From the NCBI GenBank assembly GCA_031422435.1, contig JANPLU010000131.1, forward strand, positions 1 to 10,836: 10,836 bases of DNA. The letters run 5' to 3'. Shown here piece after piece: positions 6,507 to 10,836 of this stretch (positions are counted from its first letter, which is position 1; each line of letters begins with the position of its first letter). The translations under genes were made by a program, and so were the position numbers. This stretch comes from Acaryochloridaceae cyanobacterium VAR_48_metabat_390 (lineage in GTDB: Bacteria > Cyanobacteriota > Cyanobacteriia > Thermosynechococcales > Thermosynechococcaceae). The notes beneath the pieces are model-generated. The model did no database searches. It saw only the letters and a list, made by a program, of their open reading frames with translations, and was not told the origin of the DNA.

Positions 6507-7514
6507 ATGATCCCACCAGAGCATTCTCAACCTTTAATACTGAATCAGCGAGGGTCCGTTTATCGTCTAGGGGGCGATCGCCCTCTAGCGCTCGTCTCAG
6601 TCAACTGCTGCATCTGTAGCAACGATGATGCGGAACCCATTGCGGTGGGAGAAGATTTTGAGTATCGCACCAGCCCTGACACCTTTTTGGCAATGCGCTG
6701 CCGTCAGTGTGGACTGATTTATCTCAATCCCCGTCCTGCGGTCGAAGAACTCTCGCGCATTTATCCACCGGACTATCATGCCTACAACTTTTCAGAAGAA
6801 CAGTTTGGCTTTGTCTATAAAGTCCGATGCAGGCTAGAAGCACAACGGCTGCTGTCCTGCTGTAAAGGGTTGCCTGATCATGCTCGCATTATTGATGTTG
6901 GCTGCGGCGATGGCTTTCACTTGGGGCTACTGCGGCAGTTCGGTAAGCTAGGCTGGCAGCTTGAAGGAATCGACCCGAGCGATCTCGCCGTTACTGCGGG
7001 AAATCGAGCCAGATTAACCATTCATCAAGGTACTATTCAGTCTCTTGATTTGCCCAAAGCTAGCTACGACCTAGCCTTTATGATTGCCACCCTTGAACAT
7101 GTTGACGATCCGGTGCAGGTGCTAGAGTCTGTGCGATCGCTGCTCCGTCCTGGGGGCTGCGTCGTAATCGTAACCGACAATACTGACACCCTCGATTTTC
7201 GACTGTTCCAGCAGCGCCATTGGGGTGGCTACCACTTCCCGCGCCACTGGACTTTGTTTAATCCCTCAACCCTTCGGCAGCTGGCTCAGAAGGTCGATCT
7301 TGAAGTTGCCCAGCTTACGACTGTTCTTAGCCCCGTCAACTGGGTTTACTCCCTTCATAATGCCCTCGTGGACTGGGGCGCACCACCCTGGCTCATTCGT
7401 CAATTCACCCTAAAATCGACCTTGGCTTTGGGCGTTTTTACCCTGTTTGACCTACTTCACCAGACGCTAGGTCATGGCGCACTCTTGCGCGTAACCCTCA
7501 GACGACCTCGTTAA
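6507..7514 (+). CDS. Class I SAM-dependent methyltransferase with N-terminal CxxC...CxxC zinc ribbon
   Basis: SAM motif I IIDVGCGDG, acidic motif GIDPS, YDLAFMIATLEHVDDP and LLRPGG; N-terminal CCIC...CRQCGLIYLNPRP. Substrate unknown. Confidence 0.92.
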   Translation: MIPPEHSQPLILNQRGSVYRLGGDRPLALVSVNCCICSNDDAEPIAVGEDFEYRTSPDTFLAMRCRQCGLIYLNPRPAVEELSRIYPPDYHAYNFSEEQFGFVYKVRCRLEAQRLLSCCKGLPDHARIIDVGCGDGFHLGLLRQFGKLGWQLEGIDPSDLAVTAGNRARLTIHQGTIQSLDLPKASYDLAFMIATLEHVDDPVQVLESVRSLLRPGGCVVIVTDNTDTLDFRLFQQRHWGGYHFPRHWTLFNPSTLRQLAQKVDLEVAQLTTVLSPVNWVYSLHNALVDWGAPPWLIRQFTLKSTLALGVFTLFDLLHQTLGHGALLRVTLRRPR

Positions 7515-7553
7515 TTTACCCCCTCGTTAAGTCGCTACCTCGTTAATTTGCCA
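7506..7553 (+). repeat. Triple direct repeat CCTCGTTAA with 16-nt period
   Basis: CCTCGTTAA at 7506-7514, 7522-7530 and 7538-7546, with 7-nt spacers TTTACCC, GTCGCTA and TTTGCCA. Confidence 0.8.
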
Positions 7554-7555
7554 AG

Positions 7556-8905
7556 ATGAACTTCTCCCCCCAAGCCCCCGTTGCTATTATTGGCGCAGGC
7601 ATTGCAGGACTCACCGCTGCTTCTGCCTTGCGCCGTCACAACGTTCCTGTTGTACTGTACGAGGCAGGTCAAAAGATCGCAGGCCTAGCCCAAAGTTTCA
7701 ATGATGAAGATGGATTTAGCTACGATTTTGGCCCTCACTTTATTACTAACCGTCTTGCCGCAGCGCTGGGTGTTGGCGCTCAATGTCGTATCGTTCGTCA
7801 TTATGGCGAGGCCGTTTGGCTTCGGGGGCATACCTATAGCTACCCGTTGGGACTGCTCCAAGTGCCTCGGTTTTTTTTGAGTGGGTTAGCGAGTAAACTC
7901 ACCCCAGGAAATCAGCACAGAGCCAACAGCTCAGCCGCTGAGTGGTTTCGCGCCAGCTATGGTAAAGCCCTTGCGAATGAAGTTGCAATTCCACTGTTAG
8001 AAGCTTGGTCAGGAGCCGATGCATCGCAGCTGTCTGCATCTGTCGGTAACAAGCTTCAAAACTCGATTGGACACACGTTTTTACTCAAAATAGCCAGTCA
8101 TTTGACCCATCGTGCCGTTGCCAATGGCTACAGCCAGGAAATGCCTGAGCATCCCAATGTGTGGCACGTTTACCCGGAAGGTGGCACAAGTACGCTTTGT
8201 CAACGCCTTGCCGATGAACTAGAAGGTGTCATTCAGTTAGAGTCTCCCGTCGAGTCTATTTTGGTGGAGCAGGAGCAAGTCAAAGCGATTCGGGTAAAGG
8301 GGGAAGAGCAGCCCGTGTCAGCGGTGATTAGCACTGCACCCTGCTCTGTTCTTGCACGGCTGGTCAATGGCTCTGATGCTTTACGTTCCCTCGCAAAATT
8401 TCGCTACCGTCCCATGGTGTTTATTAACCTGCGACTGAACGGACGTGGCTACTTGCCTGATACAGTGCTGTGGACACCTGAAGCAGAATTTCCCTTTTTT
8501 CGTTTAACCGAGACGCCGCTTTCTATGCCCTGGCAAGCGCCTGCGGGTAAAACCATCATTACGGTCGATATTGGCTGCGAAGTCGGCGACACAATTTGGA
8601 CCATGGAAGATGATGCTTTGGGTGTGTTTTGCGCAGATGCCCTGCGTCCGATTATTCCGACCGTGCAGCAGCAGTATTTGGGATGTCGGGTCATGCGATC
8701 GCCCATTGCCTATCCCGTTTTCTTGAACGAATATGAAGCAGATCGAGTCGCCCTTGAGAAATCCACTGGCATTGCAGGGCTGTACAGCATAGGACGAAAT
8801 GGCGAATTCTCACACCTGCTGATGGAAGATGTGTATTGGCGCACTCAAAGAAAAATCCGCAAAGTTTTGGAAGACGTTAAATCAATGCCTACCGTTCAAA
8901 CCTAG
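7556..8905 (+). CDS. FAD-dependent oxidoreductase (protoporphyrinogen oxidase / amine oxidase / UDP-galactopyranose mutase-like fold)
   Basis: N-terminal Rossmann motif VAIIGAGIAGLTAA...VVLYEA, YDFGPHF, YPEGG, VISTAP and C-terminal SIGRNGEF. Specific reaction cannot be assigned. Confidence 0.88.
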   Translation: MNFSPQAPVAIIGAGIAGLTAASALRRHNVPVVLYEAGQKIAGLAQSFNDEDGFSYDFGPHFITNRLAAALGVGAQCRIVRHYGEAVWLRGHTYSYPLGLLQVPRFFLSGLASKLTPGNQHRANSSAAEWFRASYGKALANEVAIPLLEAWSGADASQLSASVGNKLQNSIGHTFLLKIASHLTHRAVANGYSQEMPEHPNVWHVYPEGGTSTLCQRLADELEGVIQLESPVESILVEQEQVKAIRVKGEEQPVSAVISTAPCSVLARLVNGSDALRSLAKFRYRPMVFINLRLNGRGYLPDTVLWTPEAEFPFFRLTETPLSMPWQAPAGKTIITVDIGCEVGDTIWTMEDDALGVFCADALRPIIPTVQQQYLGCRVMRSPIAYPVFLNEYEADRVALEKSTGIAGLYSIGRNGEFSHLLMEDVYWRTQRKIRKVLEDVKSMPTVQT

Positions 8906-8927
8906 AAATGTTGATGGTCTAATTTCA

Positions 8928-8983
8928 TTTCATCATTGTTTTATGATTAAGTCTCAGGATTAAACAATGAGTGAAAGATGTAA
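8928..8983. promoter_or_regulatory. Candidate OmpR-type (CopR/NrsR/RppA-like) direct-repeat boxes upstream of the response regulator
   Basis: TTTCAT-N5-TTTTAT at 8928-8944, and an oppositely oriented weaker box at 8967-8983 (minus strand TTACAT-N5-ACTCAT). Both have 11-bp periodicity and resemble the TTTCAT-N5-TTTCAT box of Synechocystis CopR. Confidence 0.45.
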
Positions 8984-9028
8984 GATGTCTTACTGACTCT
9001 CTTTTACGGTAGAGGTCATTATTCTTCC

Positions 9029-9733
9029 ATGCGAATTCTGCTTGTTGAAGATGAACCCGATTTAGGCGACGCGATTCAGCGCAGTCTAAGTCGTGAAAAG
9101 TACGTGGTCGATTGGGTGCAAAATGGCACAGAAGCCTGGAATCACCTTAAAAATTCCCAAGTTCACTATGCAGCAGCTATTTTAGACTGGCTCCTCCCAG
9201 GATTATCTGGGATTGAGCTATGCCAACGCCTGCGATCGCAGCAAAACACACTTCCCGTTTTAATGCTAACGGCAAAAGACAGCATGGAGGACAGGGTAGC
9301 TGGCCTGGATGCAGGCGCAGATGATTATCTCGTCAAACCCTTTGGCATGGCGGAACTAAAGGCGAGAATTAGGGCATTACAACGGCGATCGCCGCACCTG
9401 CACCCCCTCCAGCTTAAGGTCGGCAACCTGGTTTTAGACTATGGCACCGCGACGGTTTCTGTGCAGGTTCATCAGGGCAAAACGCAAACCATCCCCATGA
9501 CGGCGAAAGAGTTCCAGATACTGGAATACTTTATGCAGCACCCCAATCAAATTTTGAGCCGCGACCAGTTAATGAATCGGATTTGGGGGATTCAAGACGA
9601 CCCGATCAGTAACGTAGTGCCTGCTCAAATTCGCTTACTGCGAAGAAGACTATCTGATTTTGGCTGTGAAAACTGGTTAGAAACGGTTTATGGGTTGGGA
9701 TATCGTCTAAATCTTCTCCATGTATCAAAGTAA
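9029..9733 (+). CDS. rppA: OmpR-family response regulator, RppA/NrsR-like
   Basis: Receiver domain (LLVEDE, phosphoacceptor in ILDWLLPGLSG, LMLTAKD, GLDAGADDYLVKPF) plus winged helix (KEFQILEYFMQHPNQILSRDQL, SNVVPAQIRLLRRRL, ETVYGLGYR). SNVVxAQxRLLRR and LxYFMxHPNQI are typical of the cyanobacterial RppA subfamily. Confidence 0.9.
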   Translation: MRILLVEDEPDLGDAIQRSLSREKYVVDWVQNGTEAWNHLKNSQVHYAAAILDWLLPGLSGIELCQRLRSQQNTLPVLMLTAKDSMEDRVAGLDAGADDYLVKPFGMAELKARIRALQRRSPHLHPLQLKVGNLVLDYGTATVSVQVHQGKTQTIPMTAKEFQILEYFMQHPNQILSRDQLMNRIWGIQDDPISNVVPAQIRLLRRRLSDFGCENWLETVYGLGYRLNLLHVSK

Positions 9734-10836
9734 ACCTTTTAATCAGACGCGCTGGCGGCTCACGGGTTGGTATGTGGGGGTCATGGGAGCAATTCTAAGC
9801 TTGGGCAGCTTTGTGTTTTATGAAGGGATTTGTCAATCCCGTTGGGGTTCACTCCATCAAGAATTGACCTCTGTTTCCGGGACGCTCCATGATGGCTTAG
9901 AACCCGTTTTGAAACATCCGGGATATTTAGAACCTGAGGCCGATCAGCTACTACCCGGCATCTGCATGACAACGGCTCAATGTTCAGCGGCTGCAAAGGT
10001 TTCTGAACGGCATATTTTGGGTGCGGTGCAGCAAGCAGGGTATTACGTGCGCTTTCTCAACTTATCGGGACAACTCATCGCAACGTTAGATCCTCAGCCT
10101 GATAATTTACCCATTCGGGTTGGGTCTGAACTTTGGCAGACGCTAGAAGATAGACAGGGCAAACGATATCATCAAATTTCGCTACTGCTCAAAACCTCGA
10201 ATCAATCGCCTTGGGGTTACATGCAGATTGGGCGATCGCTCCAAGACTATGATGAGTATCTCGCCACCCTTCGCGTCATGCTGCTGTTGGGCATTCCCGT
10301 TGCCATGCTGTTTATCAGCGGCGCGAGTTGGGGGCTAGCGGGGTTAGCAATGCAGCCCGTCTACCAGTCCTACCGTCAAGTGCAGCAGTTCACTGCCGAT
10401 GCAGCACATGAACTGCGAACGCCCCTAGCTGCAGCCAGAGCTACGGTTGAGTCCATACTAGAACTAGAGACGATTTCGGAGGCAGAATCCCGCAGCACCC
10501 TGAAAACGGTTGCCCGTCAAAATCTGCGACTGTCGCAGCTGGTTCAAGATTTACTGTTATTGTCTCGACTGGATGTTCAGCATCTAGCCTTAAAACAGCA
10601 GTCCTGCAACTTGAAAACGCTAATTTACGATGTGATGGATGAATTTGAGGCGCTGGCCGTTGCCGCAGGTATTCTGCTTGCAGTAGATATTCAAACGCAG
10701 CAGCCTTTATCTATATGGGGAGAGGAAGAACAGCTTTATCGACTGGTCGCAAATCTTGTGGGTAATGCGATTCACTACACGCCTAAAAAAGGCAAGGTTT
10801 GGATAAAGCTCGACCGCGACGATAGCCATGCTTTAA
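9720..10836 (+). CDS. rppB: Membrane sensor histidine kinase, RppB/NrsS-like (3' end beyond the window)
   Basis: Not in the ORF track. ATG 9720 overlaps rppA by 14 nt; frame open to the edge (372 codons): MYQSKPFNQTRWRLTGWYVGVMGAIL (TM1), GTLHDGLE, GKRYHQISLLL, WGYMQIGRSL, TM2 (LLLGIPVAMLFISGASWGLAGLAMQP), H-box QQFTADAAHELRTPL, N-box QLYRLVANLVGNAIHYTP. Confidence 0.92.
   Translation, partial: MYQSKPFNQTRWRLTGWYVGVMGAILSLGSFVFYEGICQSRWGSLHQELTSVSGTLHDGLEPVLKHPGYLEPEADQLLPGICMTTAQCSAAAKVSERHILGAVQQAGYYVRFLNLSGQLIATLDPQPDNLPIRVGSELWQTLEDRQGKRYHQISLLLKTSNQSPWGYMQIGRSLQDYDEYLATLRVMLLLGIPVAMLFISGASWGLAGLAMQPVYQSYRQVQQFTADAAHELRTPLAAARATVESILELETISEAESRSTLKTVARQNLRLSQLVQDLLLLSRLDVQHLALKQQSCNLKTLIYDVMDEFEALAVAAGILLAVDIQTQQPLSIWGEEEQLYRLVANLVGNAIHYTPKKGKVWIKLDRDDSHAL

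Larger units (their letters stand above)
99..10239. repeat. HIP1 octamer GCGATCGC, 13 dispersed copies
   Basis: Copies start at 99, 1190, 2501, 4673, 4918, 5395, 5689, 6574, 7133, 8695, 9232, 9385 and 10232; under 1 expected by chance in 10.8 kb. Established cyanobacterial genome signature. Confidence 0.93.

Noticed and set aside
7506..7553. Mini-CRISPR interpretation of the triple repeat
   Set aside because: 9-nt repeats with 7-nt spacers are far below CRISPR dimensions, and there are no cas genes.
7556..8905. Naming the flavoprotein hemY, glf or a carotenoid desaturase
   Set aside because: Only fold-level motifs are visible; nearness to HCP is not evidence, and a terminator separates them.
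3661..9996. Short ORFs nested in or antisense to long genes (3661, 3839, 4284, 4870, 5638, 5911, 6597, 7225, 8449, 9781)
   Set aside because: All lie within well-supported CDSs in other frames and show no motifs; treated as shadow ORFs.
10834..10836. Terminal TAA as the stop of the histidine kinase
   Set aside because: Out of frame (GCT TTA A..), and the G1/F/G2 boxes of the ATPase domain have not yet appeared, so the gene continues beyond the window.

Overview
Cyanobacterial-type genomic window (13 HIP1 GCGATCGC octamers, an OCP N-terminal-domain gene, an RppA/RppB two-component pair). Left: a minus-strand M16 zinc peptidase gene (247..1512) split by one in-frame TAA. Then an ~835-bp intergenic region hiding a decayed IS5-family transposase remnant (minus strand, ~1833..2134) that the ORF track misses. 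Next is a plus-strand cluster: a helical carotenoid protein (HCP) gene with a true start at 2348 and an in-frame TAG at a conserved Trp, a 72-aa conserved small protein, and a 1036-aa protein anchored by hydrophobic segments at both ends and built on an exact 98-aa (294-nt) repeat. A perfect 17-bp hairpin terminator follows. Right: a Zn-ribbon class I SAM methyltransferase, an FAD-dependent oxidoreductase, an RppA-like response regulator and an RppB-like histidine kinase (absent from the ORF track, runs off the window). The best candidate for an undescribed system is the HCP/small protein/repeat membrane protein cluster; its function is inference only. All family assignments come from motif recognition, not database searches.
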